This document shows, in pieces, positions 19,018 to 30,320 of a stretch of DNA of 64,000 nucleotides. Numbering within the stretch: position 1 is the stretch's first letter; every line of letters begins with the position of its first letter. Made by a program: the position numbers and the translations under genes. A model generated the notes under the pieces. The model saw only the letters and a list, made by a program, of their open reading frames with translations. It searched no databases and was not told the origin of the DNA. The DNA is from an uncultured Acidobacteriota bacterium (lineage in GTDB: Bacteria > Acidobacteriota > Terriglobia > Acidiferrales > UBA7541), in contig CAWIRU010000009.1 in NCBI GenBank assembly GCA_963838705.1, forward strand, positions 737,921 through 801,920, in the 5' to 3' direction.

Positions 19018-20475
19018 TCAAACAAATGCCGAACCCTGAGGAATTCGCTTACGCAATTCTTCAATCGCGGCCAATTGCTCGCCACTCGGCTCGGCGCAGC
19101 AATACCACGGCTCCGAGAGATGCGGAATCGACGGACGAACTCCGACGATAGCCAGCGGATTCGCCGGCACGACGGGCAGCCCCGCCGAACGCCGCGCCGT
19201 CTCCACAATTCGCGAAAAAGTCTGCGTGCGCGAGAGCTTCAACTTCTCGCAATTGTTTACGAGCGATTGCAAATCGGCGCAGAGTTGATCGACGCCCGAG
19301 TCGTCATGCTTCCACGGATAAGCCAGCGCAGAATCATCGAACTCTCCCACCAAGCTGCGAACTTCATCTAAATCGAGCAGCCGCGATCCGGCCGGAATGA
19401 GCAGCCGGATCGCGAGCTGAATCGGCGCGACGCTTTCGATCAGCTCGTGATGGCCGAGAAAATCCAGCAACTCGCAGAACGATTCGCGCGTCGTCCACGG
19501 CGTAAACGGCACAAATGTCGGCTGGAGTGCGAGGTCGGCCGCGCGGCACGCGCGTATCACTTCGACAAAATCCGCGCGCGTATGATGCTTGGCCAGCTTG
19601 TCGAGAACCGCGTCATCAATTGACTCGACGGCGCTCGTCACGAAGAGGCATCCCGTTTCGCGCAGCGTCGCCAGATGCTGGCGATGCTTTAACAAATGCT
19701 CGATTTTGATCGTCGCGTCGTAGGTGACGTCCGGAAATTCCCGGTGAAACGTCTCAATAATCGGCAGCGCGTGACCCACTCCATTGAAAAAATCCGCGTC
19801 GCCAAACGTGATGTGTGTCGCGCCCGCCGCCACCTGCCGGCGAATATCTTCGAGCACGATTTCGCGGGGAATAATCCGGAAGACGCCGTCGTAAATAGGA
19901 ACAATCGGGCAATGGCGGCAGAGGTGCTTGCATCCGCGGCTCGCTTCCGTGTAGCCCGCCAGGCGTTCTTCGCCGCCAGGCAAAGTCAGGCGCGCGTATC
20001 GATCGAGCGGCAAAAAACCGCTGCGGTCGGGCTGCACAAAATTCTGCCGCTGGAGAGAAATTAACGGCTCGTGCTGCGTTGCGTTATCGCCGCAATCCCC
20101 CGCACCGTTTTCGAGCCGCCGTACCAGCGAAGCAAGACCCTGCTCAAATTCGCCGCCGAGAATCGTCTGGACGCCGAGCTTCCGCAGATACGCCTCATTG
20201 ACCGGCGCATAGAGTCCGTAAAAGCACAAATGCGCGCGCGGGTTCAGCGACCTCACAGCGCCGACGAGTTCGATCGCGAGCCGTGTCGCCGTATGCATCG
20301 GCACGTGAAACGCAATCAGGTCCGCCTCGCGAATCGCCGCTTCCGTAAGCGGCTCGCGCGAAGTGTCCACGCAAGTGACGCGCGCGCCCTGCGCTCGCAG
20401 CCAAGCCGCAGGCGACGCCAGCCCAAAAGGCTGCCGCCCCAATTCATAAGTCGCAATGAGCAAGACGCGCATCAA
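19018..20475 (-). CDS. B12-binding-domain radical SAM protein
   Basis: N-terminal Rossmann-like B12-binding domain ([30 protein letters not shown]). Radical-SAM cluster motif [10 protein letters not shown] (CxxxCxxC). Confidence 0.75.
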   Translation of the reverse strand: MMRVLLIATYELGRQPFGLASPAAWLRAQGARVTCVDTSREPLTEAAIREADLIAFHVPMHTATRLAIELVGAVRSLNPRAHLCFYGLYAPVNEAYLRKLGVQTILGGEFEQGLASLVRRLENGAGDCGDNATQHEPLISLQRQNFVQPDRSGFLPLDRYARLTLPGGEERLAGYTEASRGCKHLCRHCPIVPIYDGVFRIIPREIVLEDIRRQVAAGATHITFGDADFFNGVGHALPIIETFHREFPDVTYDATIKIEHLLKHRQHLATLRETGCLFVTSAVESIDDAVLDKLAKHHTRADFVEVIRACRAADLALQPTFVPFTPWTTRESFCELLDFLGHHELIESVAPIQLAIRLLIPAGSRLLDLDEVRSLVGEFDDSALAYPWKHDDSGVDQLCADLQSLVNNCEKLKLSRTQTFSRIVETARRSAGLPVVPANPLAIVGVRPSIPHLSEPWYCCAEPSGEQLAAIEELRKRIPQGSAFV

Positions 20476-20654
20476 CTATTTGCCAGCGCAATTCCCGGCC
20501 ACCCGATTATGTCACGCCCGCGGAAGAGCACGCCGCCTTTCAATGCCGCGCCCTCCATTTTCGCTTTTCTCTTTTCCATTTTCTCTTTTCCGTCCCCACT
20601 CCCGCCGCACGAATGCGTTATCATATTGTGTTAGAGAGAGGAGCCTGCCCCAGC

Positions 20655-23324
20655 ATGAGCCCCGCATCAAGAAATTCCTTCGGGTCGCGAGCGGCGCTGA
20701 AAGCCGGCGACGCCGAATTCCAAATTTTTCGCCTCGACGCACTCGAGCGCTCCGGCGCCGGCCGCGTATCGCGCCTGCCGTTTTCGCTGAAGATTCTGCT
20801 CGAGAACCTGCTTCGCTTCGAGGACGGCCGCTTCGTTCATCCCGACGACGTGCGCGCGCTCGCGAGCTGGGATCCGATCGCTGCATTCTCCAAAGAGGTC
20901 GCGTTCATGCCCGCGCGCGTACTCCTTCAGGATTTCACCGGTGTTCCCGCGATTGTCGACCTCGCGGCGATGCGCGAAGCCATGCGCCATCTCGGCGGCG
21001 ACCCGAAGAAAATCAATCCGCTCCTGCCCGCCGATCTCGTCATTGATCATTCCGTGCAAGTGGACAAATTCGGCACGGCCGGAGCGCTCGCCTTCAACGC
21101 CGAAATCGAATTCCTGCGCAATGTCGAGCGCTACGCCTTCCTCCGCTGGGGCCAGAACGCATTTCAAAATTTCAAGGTTGTTCCGCCGGATACCGGCATA
21201 TGCCATCAAGTCAATCTCGAGTACCTCGCCAAAGTCGTTTTCACGAAGCAGGAAAATGGCGCGTGGTTCGCGTATCCGGATTCGCTCGTCGGGACCGACT
21301 CGCACACCACGATGGTCAACGGCCTCGGCGTTTTCGGCTGGGGCGTCGGCGGGATTGAGGCAGAAGCCGCGATGCTCGGCCAGCCATTTTCGATGCTGAT
21401 TCCCGCGGTGGTCGGGTTCAAGCTCCACGGCCGCCTGCCCGAAGGCGCGACGGCCACCGATCTCGTTCTCACAATCACGGCGACGCTTCGCAAGAAAGGC
21501 GTGGTCGGCAAGTTTGTCGAATTCTACGGCACCGGCCTCTCGAGCCTCACTCTGCCCGACCGAGCGACGCTAGCCAACATGGCTCCGGAGTACGGCGCGA
21601 CGATGGGCTTCTTCCCCGTGGACGCCGAAACGCTCGCCTACTTGCGCTTCACCGGCCGCGACGCCTCTCTCATCCAACTCGTCGAGGCCTATACGAAAGA
21701 GCAAGGCCTCTTTCGCACCGACGCTACGCCCGATCCCGAATTCTCGGATCGTCTGGAACTCGATCTCGCGGACGTGGTGCCGACCATGGCGGGGCCGAAG
21801 CGCCCGCAGGACAGCGTCACTTTGCGCGACGCGAAGCAGTCGTTCGAGAAATCCCTCGCCGCGCCCGCGAAGCACGTCATGGTTCAAAATAACGGCGATC
21901 GCTTCGATCTCGCGGATGGCTCGGTGGTAATCGCCGCGATCACAAGCTGCACGAACACGTCGAATCCTTCCCTGATGCTCGGCGCTGGAATTCTAGCGAA
22001 AAAAGCGGTCGAGCGCGGCCTGACCGCCAAGCCGTGGGTAAAGACGAGTCTCGCGCCCGGATCGAAGGTAGTCACGGACTACCTGCTCTTGTCCGGCTTG
22101 ATGCCGTATCTCGAATCGCTGCGCTTCCATCTCGTCGGGTACGGCTGCACGACGTGCATCGGCAACAGCGGACCGCTCTCGGAGCCGATCGGCAAGGCGA
22201 TAAAAGAAAATAATCTCGTCGCGGTCTCGGTTCTCAGCGGCAACCGCAATTTCGAGGGCCGCGTGAATTCGCTGGTGCGCGCGAATTATCTCGCCTCGCC
22301 CCCGCTCGTCGTGGCCTACGCCCTCGCCGGCCGCATGGATTTCGACATGGCCAATGAACCTCTCGGCAACGACAAATCCGGAAAGCCCGTGTATCTCCGC
22401 GACATCTGGCCCACGCCAGTCGAAGTGGAGACGACGTTGCGCGCCTCGGTTTCGACCGAAATGTTCCGCAAGGAATACGGCGACGTCTTCACCGGCGACG
22501 CGCAGTGGCGCGGGCTGCATGTTCCCGAAGGCGATCTCTACGCATGGGATGCGAAGTCGACTTACATCAAACTGCCGCCATACTTCGATTCGATGTCACT
22601 GAAGCCTTCCGCGCTCACCGATATTCATGGCGCGCGTGTGCTCGCATTGCTCGGCGACAGCGTGACTACCGACCACATTTCGCCGGCCGGCTCGATTCCG
22701 CCCGATAGCCCGGCTGGAAAATATTTGATCTCGCGTGGCGTCCAGCCAAAGGATTTCAATTCGTACGGCGCACGCCGCGGCAACGACGAAGTGATGACGC
22801 GCGGAACATTCGGCAATATCCGGTTGCGCAATCAGCTTGCGCCCGGAACCGAAGGCGGCTGGACGCGCCACCAGCCGAGCGACGAGCAAATGACGATCTA
22901 CGACGCCGCGATGCGATACAAATCCGAAGGTGTGCCGCTCGTGGTTCTTGCCGGCAAGGAATACGGATCGGGCTCTTCCCGCGACTGGGCCGCGAAGGGC
23001 GCCGCGCTTCTCGGAATCCGCGCCGTAATTGCGGAAAGCTACGAGCGCATCCACCGCAGCAATTTGATCGGGATGGGCGTTCTACCGCTCGAGTTCAATC
23101 CGGGCCATACGGCAAAGTCGCTCTGCCTCACCGGCGCAGAAATTTTTGAGATCGAAGGAGTGACGAAGGATTTTGCGCCGCGCAAGCAGATTCATGTTCG
23201 CGCGCGCTCTGCGGACGGCAAGGAAATCGCCTTCAATACAGTCGCCCGAGTGGATACACCGGTCGAAGTGACGTATTACCAGAATGGCGGAATTCTTCAG
23301 TACGTGCTGAGGCAGATGCTCTAG
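20655..23324 (+). CDS. acnA: Aconitate hydratase A
   Basis: Full-length aconitase (about 890 aa) with Fe-S ligand regions ([20 protein letters not shown]). SGNRNFEGR motif. Confidence 0.92.
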   Translation: MSPASRNSFGSRAALKAGDAEFQIFRLDALERSGAGRVSRLPFSLKILLENLLRFEDGRFVHPDDVRALASWDPIAAFSKEVAFMPARVLLQDFTGVPAIVDLAAMREAMRHLGGDPKKINPLLPADLVIDHSVQVDKFGTAGALAFNAEIEFLRNVERYAFLRWGQNAFQNFKVVPPDTGICHQVNLEYLAKVVFTKQENGAWFAYPDSLVGTDSHTTMVNGLGVFGWGVGGIEAEAAMLGQPFSMLIPAVVGFKLHGRLPEGATATDLVLTITATLRKKGVVGKFVEFYGTGLSSLTLPDRATLANMAPEYGATMGFFPVDAETLAYLRFTGRDASLIQLVEAYTKEQGLFRTDATPDPEFSDRLELDLADVVPTMAGPKRPQDSVTLRDAKQSFEKSLAAPAKHVMVQNNGDRFDLADGSVVIAAITSCTNTSNPSLMLGAGILAKKAVERGLTAKPWVKTSLAPGSKVVTDYLLLSGLMPYLESLRFHLVGYGCTTCIGNSGPLSEPIGKAIKENNLVAVSVLSGNRNFEGRVNSLVRANYLASPPLVVAYALAGRMDFDMANEPLGNDKSGKPVYLRDIWPTPVEVETTLRASVSTEMFRKEYGDVFTGDAQWRGLHVPEGDLYAWDAKSTYIKLPPYFDSMSLKPSALTDIHGARVLALLGDSVTTDHISPAGSIPPDSPAGKYLISRGVQPKDFNSYGARRGNDEVMTRGTFGNIRLRNQLAPGTEGGWTRHQPSDEQMTIYDAAMRYKSEGVPLVVLAGKEYGSGSSRDWAAKGAALLGIRAVIAESYERIHRSNLIGMGVLPLEFNPGHTAKSLCLTGAEIFEIEGVTKDFAPRKQIHVRARSADGKEIAFNTVARVDTPVEVTYYQNGGILQYVLRQML

Positions 23325-23395
23325 CGGTTGGCGCGCGGGCGAATCGAAGCGCTCCGAAATTTCGTGTGCCGCATTCGGCCGGCGGCTTCTTCAGA

Positions 23396-26300
23396 CTAAG
23401 GCGGCGTCTGCTGGACGATCAGCGTGACCATCACCTGATGGTTCGCGATTGTCACCGTTGTCGTGCCGGACGTAGTTGTCTCCGCGGCACTTATCGTGAT
23501 TTGGTAGGTCCCAACCGCCGTGCCGCCCGTCCCGCCGCTTCCGCAGCCGGCGAGGGTTCCCGCAAACGCAATCCCTGCGACGCACGCGGCCAAGACGAAT
23601 CTTCGACGCAAACCACGATCTCTTGCCCGCACCGGCATCCAGGCCATTAAGAGCGCGATGACTAACGCGGCGGCGATCAGCGGCCAGTATTTCCGATAGC
23701 CCGGCGGAATGCCCATGCCCGGGCCGCCAACTGGAACGGACGAGTTCGACTCCGTCGATACCAAGAGAGTTTCCGTCGCGCCCGAAGCCGTTGGCGTGAT
23801 AGAAGTCGGCGAGAAAGAGCACACCGAATTGGCCGGCAACCCGGAGCAAGTCAGCGTGAGCGGCACGTTGAATCCATTCAACGCGATCACGGGAATTTTG
23901 AACTGCGCGGTAAAACCGCCAACGACGGTCGCGGTCGTTGGCGTGATCGGCCCATAGGCGTAATCCTGCACGTCAAAGGCTTCTGTGCCGCTCGTCCCTC
24001 CGCCCGGTGATGGATTTGTCACCGAAACGTTGAGGACCGCCGCTGTCGCGATGGCGTTCGTCGGGACTTCCGCGACAAGAGATGTCGAGGATTGATTGCC
24101 GATCGGCGTCAGGCTCGAGTTGCCGAAGTTGATCACCGACCCTGACACGAAATTTGTGCCGGTCACCGTCAAGGTGAACTCGCCATTGCCTACGGTGATG
24201 CTGGTCGGGCTGATTGCGCTGACCGTCGGCACGGGATTCGTCACCGCGAGCGGCAAGGTGTTCGTCACCGAGCCGTTGTCAACGACGCTGACGTTCGTTA
24301 CCCCACCCGCCTTCAGCAATCCCGCGGGGACAATCGCGGAGAGCGAGCCGTCGGGCCGGAGCGTTGTCGGCGTGAGTGGCGTGGAATTCACGCGAATCGT
24401 GGATTGATTTGTGAAGCCGCTGCCCTTCACGTTGAGAGTGAAGCTGGCGGCGCCGGCCATCGCATTCGCTGGAGATAGGCTGGCCAGACGAAATGTCGTT
24501 CCTCCGCCTAGTGAAAGCTCCCACTCGCCGCGTCCAAATGTCCCGGCGGTCAGCACGCGCGAAGCTGGCTGGAGCGCGAGAGACGTTACCGGCACGATCG
24601 GCAACCCAGCGCCAAGAGGCGACCACGTCGCTCCATGATCGCTTGTCGCAAAAACTCCGACATCCGTCGCGATGTAGAGCGTGCCTGCAATTTCAGGATC
24701 GACCACTACGGCGTTCGCAGGAATGTTCGGCAGATTGCCGCTGATATCGCTCCACTGCGCACCGCTGCTCGCCGTCATGAAAACGTGGCCGAGCGCGTCG
24801 CCATTGAACCCGGAAAATCCCGAGAACGTCGCGTAGATGGTTTGCTTGTCGCGCGGATCAAACACGGACGAAGTCTGAATGCGATTCGGCAACCCTGGTG
24901 GCAACGCCGCTGGGAACGATGTCGCGCCAAGAACAACTCGGCCGGGTGGCGCGGCGGCTGCGAGTCCGGAATCGAGCTGCGCGATGCTTAAACTCGACGC
25001 GCTTGAGTTTCCTTTAATATTGCTCCAACTGTGCGATCCCGCCGCGATGCCAGCGTTCGCCACATCCGGCGAACTCCAGACGCCGCCATCGTTGCCGACG
25101 TAGAGCACGGAGCCGTCGCGGCTGATCGCGAGGCTATGCTGCTCGGGGTAAATTGCGGCGTGCGTGCGATCAATCGTGACGTCCTGCCACGAGTTTCCGC
25201 CATCGACGGAACGAGCGAGCCCCGTGCCACCCGCAAACACGACCGATGGGTCGGCCGGGCTGGCACGCAACGTCATCGCATTGAAGCACGCCGGCGAGCA
25301 TAGGCTATTCGCGGGCGCCTCGAGCTTTGTCCAAGTCGTCCCGCCGTCAATGCTCTTGAAAATCGCAAGAAGGTTCCTCGAACTAGACGCCGCGTCCGCG
25401 ATTGCCGCGTACAGAATCGTCTTCCCCGCCGATTGCGGCCCGAGCGCAAGCGACGCGCGGCCAATTTGAGCCGGTGCCACAGCCTGATCGAGTCCCGCGA
25501 GACGCTTCCAGCTCGCGCCAGCATCGCGCGACACATAGAGCCCGCCGCATGGCGCCGATGATGCGCACGCTCCGACTCGACTTTCATGCGAACCAAGAGC
25601 CGCATACGCCGTCAGGCCCGCGCGGTCGTTCGGATCGAACGCTACATCAAAACCCTCAATTCCCGCGCCGGCCGTAAGAACGGGCGTCCAATTCGTTCCG
25701 CCGTCAACCGAGCGCCACGCGCCGCCGGAAGTCGCCTCGACCGATCCGCTCACCGCCGCCAATACATCCCGATGCGTGCCGGGATTCGGACTGATAGTGA
25801 TCGCCTCGATCGAAACGCCGCCGTTCGCCGCGCTCGAAAACGGGGCGCTGCCCGTAGTGCTCCAAGTATGCCCGCCGTCCACTGACTTCATCACACCCGC
25901 ACCGTAAAAACTGTTTCCTTCGGCCGTCCGCGCTCCAGTTCCCGCATAGAGTGTCGCGGGCGAAGTCGCTGCATCGAGCGCCAGAGAGCGGATCGCGAGC
26001 GAAGGCTGATCGTCGGTGAGCGGAATCCAATTCACTCCGTCCGTCGTTTTCCAAACTCCGCCCGTAGCCGCGCCAACATAGACGGTTTTGCCCGAAGGAT
26101 CGGACGGGTCGATTGCTACGGCTCTCACCGGTGCAGAGGCAACAGAGCCGTTCGTGGCCGTCGTCGAAATTGCTCCGATGGATTTCCACACAGGTTGGTC
26201 AGAGCCAGACGCCGCGCTCATCGCCCGCATCTGCACAATGGCGTGCTCGCGCGCGCCAGCCGGGATGTAACCCGCGGGGTACTCCCGTGGCGCGAAGAAC

Positions 26301-26461
26301 GATCCCATACGATCGAGGGTCACAGTCGCAGCAGTGATTCCGGCACCCAAGGCGGCCATCGCAACGATGCCGCTCAACGCAATCGCCCACGCGCGACCTA
26401 GCGATCGCGCGCGCCGGCCTCCGCCACCTCTTTTATTCATCCCGGAAAAAAGCACGCCCAT
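23396..26461 (-). CDS. Large secreted BNR/Asp-box repeat beta-propeller protein with Ig-like (IPT/TIG) domains and an unusual C-terminal TM + lipobox-like + beta-strand tail
   Basis: Signal peptide. Repeated SxDxGxTW Asp-boxes (KTTDGVNW, SVDGGHTW, SVDGGTNW, SRDAGASW, SIDGGTTW, SVDGGNSW, SDHGATW). The C-terminus reads ...WMPVRARDRGLRRRFVLAACVAGIAFAGTLAGCGSGG...VTLIVQQTPP. Confidence 0.8.
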   Translation of the reverse strand: MGVLFSGMNKRGGGGRRARSLGRAWAIALSGIVAMAALGAGITAATVTLDRMGSFFAPREYPAGYIPAGAREHAIVQMRAMSAASGSDQPVWKSIGAISTTATNGSVASAPVRAVAIDPSDPSGKTVYVGAATGGVWKTTDGVNWIPLTDDQPSLAIRSLALDAATSPATLYAGTGARTAEGNSFYGAGVMKSVDGGHTWSTTGSAPFSSAANGGVSIEAITISPNPGTHRDVLAAVSGSVEATSGGAWRSVDGGTNWTPVLTAGAGIEGFDVAFDPNDRAGLTAYAALGSHESRVGACASSAPCGGLYVSRDAGASWKRLAGLDQAVAPAQIGRASLALGPQSAGKTILYAAIADAASSSRNLLAIFKSIDGGTTWTKLEAPANSLCSPACFNAMTLRASPADPSVVFAGGTGLARSVDGGNSWQDVTIDRTHAAIYPEQHSLAISRDGSVLYVGNDGGVWSSPDVANAGIAAGSHSWSNIKGNSSASSLSIAQLDSGLAAAAPPGRVVLGATSFPAALPPGLPNRIQTSSVFDPRDKQTIYATFSGFSGFNGDALGHVFMTASSGAQWSDISGNLPNIPANAVVVDPEIAGTLYIATDVGVFATSDHGATWSPLGAGLPIVPVTSLALQPASRVLTAGTFGRGEWELSLGGGTTFRLASLSPANAMAGAASFTLNVKGSGFTNQSTIRVNSTPLTPTTLRPDGSLSAIVPAGLLKAGGVTNVSVVDNGSVTNTLPLAVTNPVPTVSAISPTSITVGNGEFTLTVTGTNFVSGSVINFGNSSLTPIGNQSSTSLVAEVPTNAIATAAVLNVSVTNPSPGGGTSGTEAFDVQDYAYGPITPTTATVVGGFTAQFKIPVIALNGFNVPLTLTCSGLPANSVCSFSPTSITPTASGATETLLVSTESNSSVPVGGPGMGIPPGYRKYWPLIAAALVIALLMAWMPVRARDRGLRRRFVLAACVAGIAFAGTLAGCGSGGTGGTAVGTYQITISAAETTTSGTTTVTIANHQVMVTLIVQQTPP

Positions 26462-26646
26462 AATCCTCCGCCCGCCAATACCGCTGGGTTTCAGCCCGCG
26501 CGTGGGCCTCGCAGGCCGACACCGCTCGCAAGCGACACGCGATTATACACGCCCCGTTTCGCCCGAGAAATCGCAAACGACCGCACCCCTCGACGCAGCC
26601 GCTTTCGTGGATTTGATGGAGGACCGGCCCGCGCGGTTGTAAGACT

Positions 26647-26728
26647 CCGAGGCAGGGGCCTCGGGCTCTGAACGAAAGAGAGAACCTCGCAGCGTGTCTG
26701 TCAGAGCCGGGAGGCCCCTGCCTCCCGG
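26647..26728. repeat. Long inverted repeat between the two BNR genes. The arms are ccgaggcaggggcctcgggctctga and tcagagccgggaggcccctgcctcccgg, separated by about 30 bp. Single arms of the same about 28-bp element also occur at 38466-38494 and 47801-47834.
   Basis: Read directly. This is a candidate REP-like hairpin or bidirectional terminator. Confidence 0.6.
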
Positions 26729-26730
26729 TC

Positions 26731-29700
26731 CTAATTCACCGTGAGCGAAACCGTCGTGGTGTGGATAAGCGATCCAGACGTGCCTGTAATCGTGATGCTG
26801 TACTTGCCGGGCGGCGTCCCTGTCGACCCAGTGCTCCCACCACCACCGCCGCCTCCGCCGCAAGCCGAGAGCGTGGCCGTCAGAATCACGACCGCGAAAG
26901 CCATCTCGAGCGCAGCTCTCCTTCGCGTGGCGCCATTGCACACGAATAGCAGCAGCGCAAACGCGCCACAGGCAAAAATCCAAGTCGCAGCCGCCGTCGG
27001 CAGGCCCGGCGTCTGATGCGCAATGGGCGCCGGAATCGCGCTCCCATTCGGGGCCGTCGAGATCGCAATGGTTCCGGGAGCTGTCGGCGTCGCCGATCCG
27101 GTCCCGCACTGAGCCTTCAGCGGCACTCCGCCGCTACAAGCGAGCGAGACCGTGCCCGTAAATCCATTCAACGCGGTGATGGGAACGGTGTACGTAACCG
27201 AGCCTCCCGCCGTCACCGTCGCACTGGCCGGATTGCTCGTGATCGCGCCAAACGCGAAGTCCGGAGGCGGCGCGGTCACGGTGAAATTCAGGCTGTTCGA
27301 AGTTTGCCCGCCATCTGTCACTGTCACCGGAAACACGCCGGCGTTTGCCGTCATCGCCGCCGTCACCGTGCCGATGAGTTTCGTCGGCGCGCCCGAGGTA
27401 TCGGTTGCGAGCGCCGTCCCATTGAAATCCACCACCGAATTCGAAGTGAAGCTCACACCGTCCACCGTCAATTGCAATTGCCCCGAGCCCGCGGTCGTCG
27501 AATTCGGCGAAATCGTCGAAATCCTGAGCGGAGGCGCCGCCAGCGCAAATTCCCACGCGCCGCGCCCGTGCGTCGCCGCCAGCAGCAGCCGGTTCGACGC
27601 CTGAATCTTGATCGAGAGCACTTGATCGTTCGGCAATCCAGGCGCGAGCGTGCTCCAGTGCGCGCCGCCGTTCGTCGTGACGAAAACTCCAATGTCGGTC
27701 CCAGCGTAAAAAATGTTTTCTGGATCGCCGGGGTCAATCGCGAGTTCGTTCACCGGGCAGTTCGGCAAGTCGCCGTCAATGCTCGTCCACGAAGCTCCGC
27801 GGTTCGTGGTCACGAAAATATGTCCGGGCGTATCGCCAAATCCGGAAAATCCGGAGAACGTGATGTAGGCCGTCGTCGCGATCGTCGGGTCAACGGCGAT
27901 TTGGGTGATCGCTCGCGACGGAAGGCCCGTCGTCGCGTCCGTAAATGTCGCGGACGATCCGTTGAGCGCATTCGTCGTCGCGTGAACTTCCGCCAATCGC
28001 GATCCCGTATAAATCGTATTCGAATCGCTTGGCGCCACAGCCATCGCCGTAATGTAGTCAGTGGACGACCCGCTCTTCGTGAGGCTCGCCCCGCCGGCCA
28101 TCGCGGTCCAATTCGCGCCGCTCGCCTTCGATTGCCACAAACTCGTCGTCCCGAAATACGCATTCTGCGGCGAAGTAGGATCGAGAACGAACGGAGGAAT
28201 AAAATCGACGTTCGTGCTGAAATTGATTCCGCTGTCCGACGTGCTGAATGTGCTGCCGCTGTTCGTGCTCTTCCATATCGTTCCGTTGTTCCCCACCGCA
28301 TCGCATGCGAGAAAGACCGTAAACGAGCTCACGGTCACGGGCCCGATGGCCGTCCAGCCGCCGTCGCCGCATGTGCCTGGGTCGGACCACGCCGTGGTTC
28401 CGCTGTACCGCTCGCTGCCGTTATCCTGCGTTCCGCCAAAGATGATATTGGGATCGGCCGGGTGCGGCGCCATGCCCGGATAGAATTGCATCGTCTGCAA
28501 TCCGCTATTCAAATTCGTCCAGTGCTGCGATCCCGCGGCCGCCGTCATCGCGTCCGTCGAGCTCCAAACGCCGCCGTCGTTCCCGACGTACAACTTTAGT
28601 CCATCGGGCGAGAACGCGATCGCGTGGTGATCCACGTGAATCTGCGGATTCGACGTGCCGCCGGAATTGTTCGCCGAAACGTCGGCCCAGGACGCGCCGC
28701 CATCGGTCGAGCGAATCAGCGTCGGCTCCGGAACGCTTGCGCCCGAAATCGCATCCGCCGCACCGCCCGCAAATAGCACCTGCGGATTCCCCGGCTGAAT
28801 TGCAAGCGCCATGTCGTAGTAGCACTGCCCCGCGCTCGAGCCTCGGTCGCAGAACGGCTCCTGAGTCAGAATGCTCCACGTATCCCCCGCATTCGTGCTC
28901 TTCGCGAACGCCAGAAACCGGCTTGAACCTGTCGTCCCGTCCGCGATCGCCGCGAAAATTTCCGTGCTCGCGGGATTGCCCGTCTGCCCCGCAAGCGGGC
29001 TGCTCAATGCGATGCTGATTCGCCCGTACTTCGTATCCGAATTCGCGCCCAGCGCCGCGTTGATTGCCGTGTCGAGCCCCGCCAGGCGCGTCCACGTCAT
29101 TCCGCCGTCCTTCGATTTAAAAACGCCGTTGCACGGATCGGCCGTGCAATCTCCCGCCGCCACAAGCGCCGAATCGTTGTCCGGATAACCCATCGCGGCG
29201 TACGCCGTGCTTCCCGTCGAATCGTTCGCGTCAAACGCCACACCCGTCGCAATATCAATGGACGGGCTCGCCGGATTCTGCAGCGTCCAGTGCATCCCGC
29301 CGTCCATCGAGCGCCAAATCCCCCACGGAATCGCCGGCGTGCCATAAACGGCCGCAAGCATCACGCTGCTGTTCCCCGGCTGCACCGAGAGCGAACCAAT
29401 GTACGGCGCGGACATCGTCAGTCCCTGCGGCTGCCCCGCGCTGAATGTCTCGTCCGGCGTCCACGTGTTTCCCGAATCCGCCGAAATCAACACGCCCGTG
29501 CCGTAGAGGCTGTCGTACGCGAAATTTTCTTCGCCCGTGCCGTAAATTACCGTCGTCGCCGCGCAATTCGTCCCGGAATTGATCAGCGCAATTGAGCCGC
29601 TTGAAAGCGACGCCTGCGCGTCCGTCAGCGGCGCCCACGTGTTTCCGCCGTCGGCAGTTCGCCACACACCGCCATTTGCCGCGCCGATATACACGGTATT

Positions 29701-30120
29701 CCACGTCGGATCGCACGGGTCCACTGCAACCGCGTTCACGCGTCCTGACGTATTGCCGAACGGCGATTCATCGCTCAAAGGCTGAGGGCCAATCGGAGTC
29801 CATTTGGTGGGAGAAATGGAGATGCTGGCGCGCGCGATGCGGTCGGAGTAGGTGCCTTCGGCCCGAATCATCGCGTCGCGCTCGGCAATTGCCCGGATGC
29901 GCAATCTGCTCGGGACGTGCCCGTGAGCGGACGCGCGCGGCTCGAAAAACCACGCCTCTCGCTGCCGGATAAAGTTTACCGGTTCGTTTTCTTCGGATTC
30001 GGCGCCGCGTTCGAGGAATTGTCTGGCGACGACAGGCGCCACGGCGCTGAGCACCACCGCCGTGAATACGGAAAGGATAATCCATTCGCGAAGGCGCCGG
30101 CTCGCATCGCCGGTGTTCAT
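26731..30120 (-). CDS. Large secreted BNR/Asp-box repeat beta-propeller protein, a paralog of 23396-26461, with the same C-terminal tail architecture
   Basis: Asp-boxes TADGGNTW, SADSGNTW, SMDGGMHW, SKDGGMTW, STNAGDTW, STDGGASW, TTNRGASW, TTNGGAHW. C-terminus ...FACGAFALLLFVCNGATRRRAALEMAFAVVILTATLSACGGGGGGGGS...VSLTVN. Confidence 0.8.
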   Translation of the reverse strand: MNTGDASRRLREWIILSVFTAVVLSAVAPVVARQFLERGAESEENEPVNFIRQREAWFFEPRASAHGHVPSRLRIRAIAERDAMIRAEGTYSDRIARASISISPTKWTPIGPQPLSDESPFGNTSGRVNAVAVDPCDPTWNTVYIGAANGGVWRTADGGNTWAPLTDAQASLSSGSIALINSGTNCAATTVIYGTGEENFAYDSLYGTGVLISADSGNTWTPDETFSAGQPQGLTMSAPYIGSLSVQPGNSSVMLAAVYGTPAIPWGIWRSMDGGMHWTLQNPASPSIDIATGVAFDANDSTGSTAYAAMGYPDNDSALVAAGDCTADPCNGVFKSKDGGMTWTRLAGLDTAINAALGANSDTKYGRISIALSSPLAGQTGNPASTEIFAAIADGTTGSSRFLAFAKSTNAGDTWSILTQEPFCDRGSSAGQCYYDMALAIQPGNPQVLFAGGAADAISGASVPEPTLIRSTDGGASWADVSANNSGGTSNPQIHVDHHAIAFSPDGLKLYVGNDGGVWSSTDAMTAAAGSQHWTNLNSGLQTMQFYPGMAPHPADPNIIFGGTQDNGSERYSGTTAWSDPGTCGDGGWTAIGPVTVSSFTVFLACDAVGNNGTIWKSTNSGSTFSTSDSGINFSTNVDFIPPFVLDPTSPQNAYFGTTSLWQSKASGANWTAMAGGASLTKSGSSTDYITAMAVAPSDSNTIYTGSRLAEVHATTNALNGSSATFTDATTGLPSRAITQIAVDPTIATTAYITFSGFSGFGDTPGHIFVTTNRGASWTSIDGDLPNCPVNELAIDPGDPENIFYAGTDIGVFVTTNGGAHWSTLAPGLPNDQVLSIKIQASNRLLLAATHGRGAWEFALAAPPLRISTISPNSTTAGSGQLQLTVDGVSFTSNSVVDFNGTALATDTSGAPTKLIGTVTAAMTANAGVFPVTVTDGGQTSNSLNFTVTAPPPDFAFGAITSNPASATVTAGGSVTYTVPITALNGFTGTVSLACSGGVPLKAQCGTGSATPTAPGTIAISTAPNGSAIPAPIAHQTPGLPTAAATWIFACGAFALLLFVCNGATRRRAALEMAFAVVILTATLSACGGGGGGGGSTGSTGTPPGKYSITITGTSGSLIHTTTVSLTVN

Positions 30121-30320
30121 TCAGTTTTCATCCGATTCCCGTTGCCCCGATTCCCAAAGGATTTACTGCGCGGGCTTCGAATGAAAAACGTCCCAGAAAA
30201 CAGCCGTGTTGCTCCCAAGCGCCCCTCGTAGTTCTCTCGCCCCAGCTAGAGTATACACGCTTGCGCCCGGCCCTTCGCCCCTCACTTACGTGGCTGACTC
30301 GCCAACGCCGCTGCCGCCGG

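Noticed and set aside
27016-28599. 527-aa plus-strand ORF and other long antisense ORFs inside the BNR genes, and similar ones (6673-8035 +, 39792-40763 -, 49724-50512 -, 55678-56709 +)
   Set aside because: They run antisense to strongly supported genes, have extreme Arg/Pro/Gly composition, and no domains. These are the usual spurious open frames of high-GC DNA.
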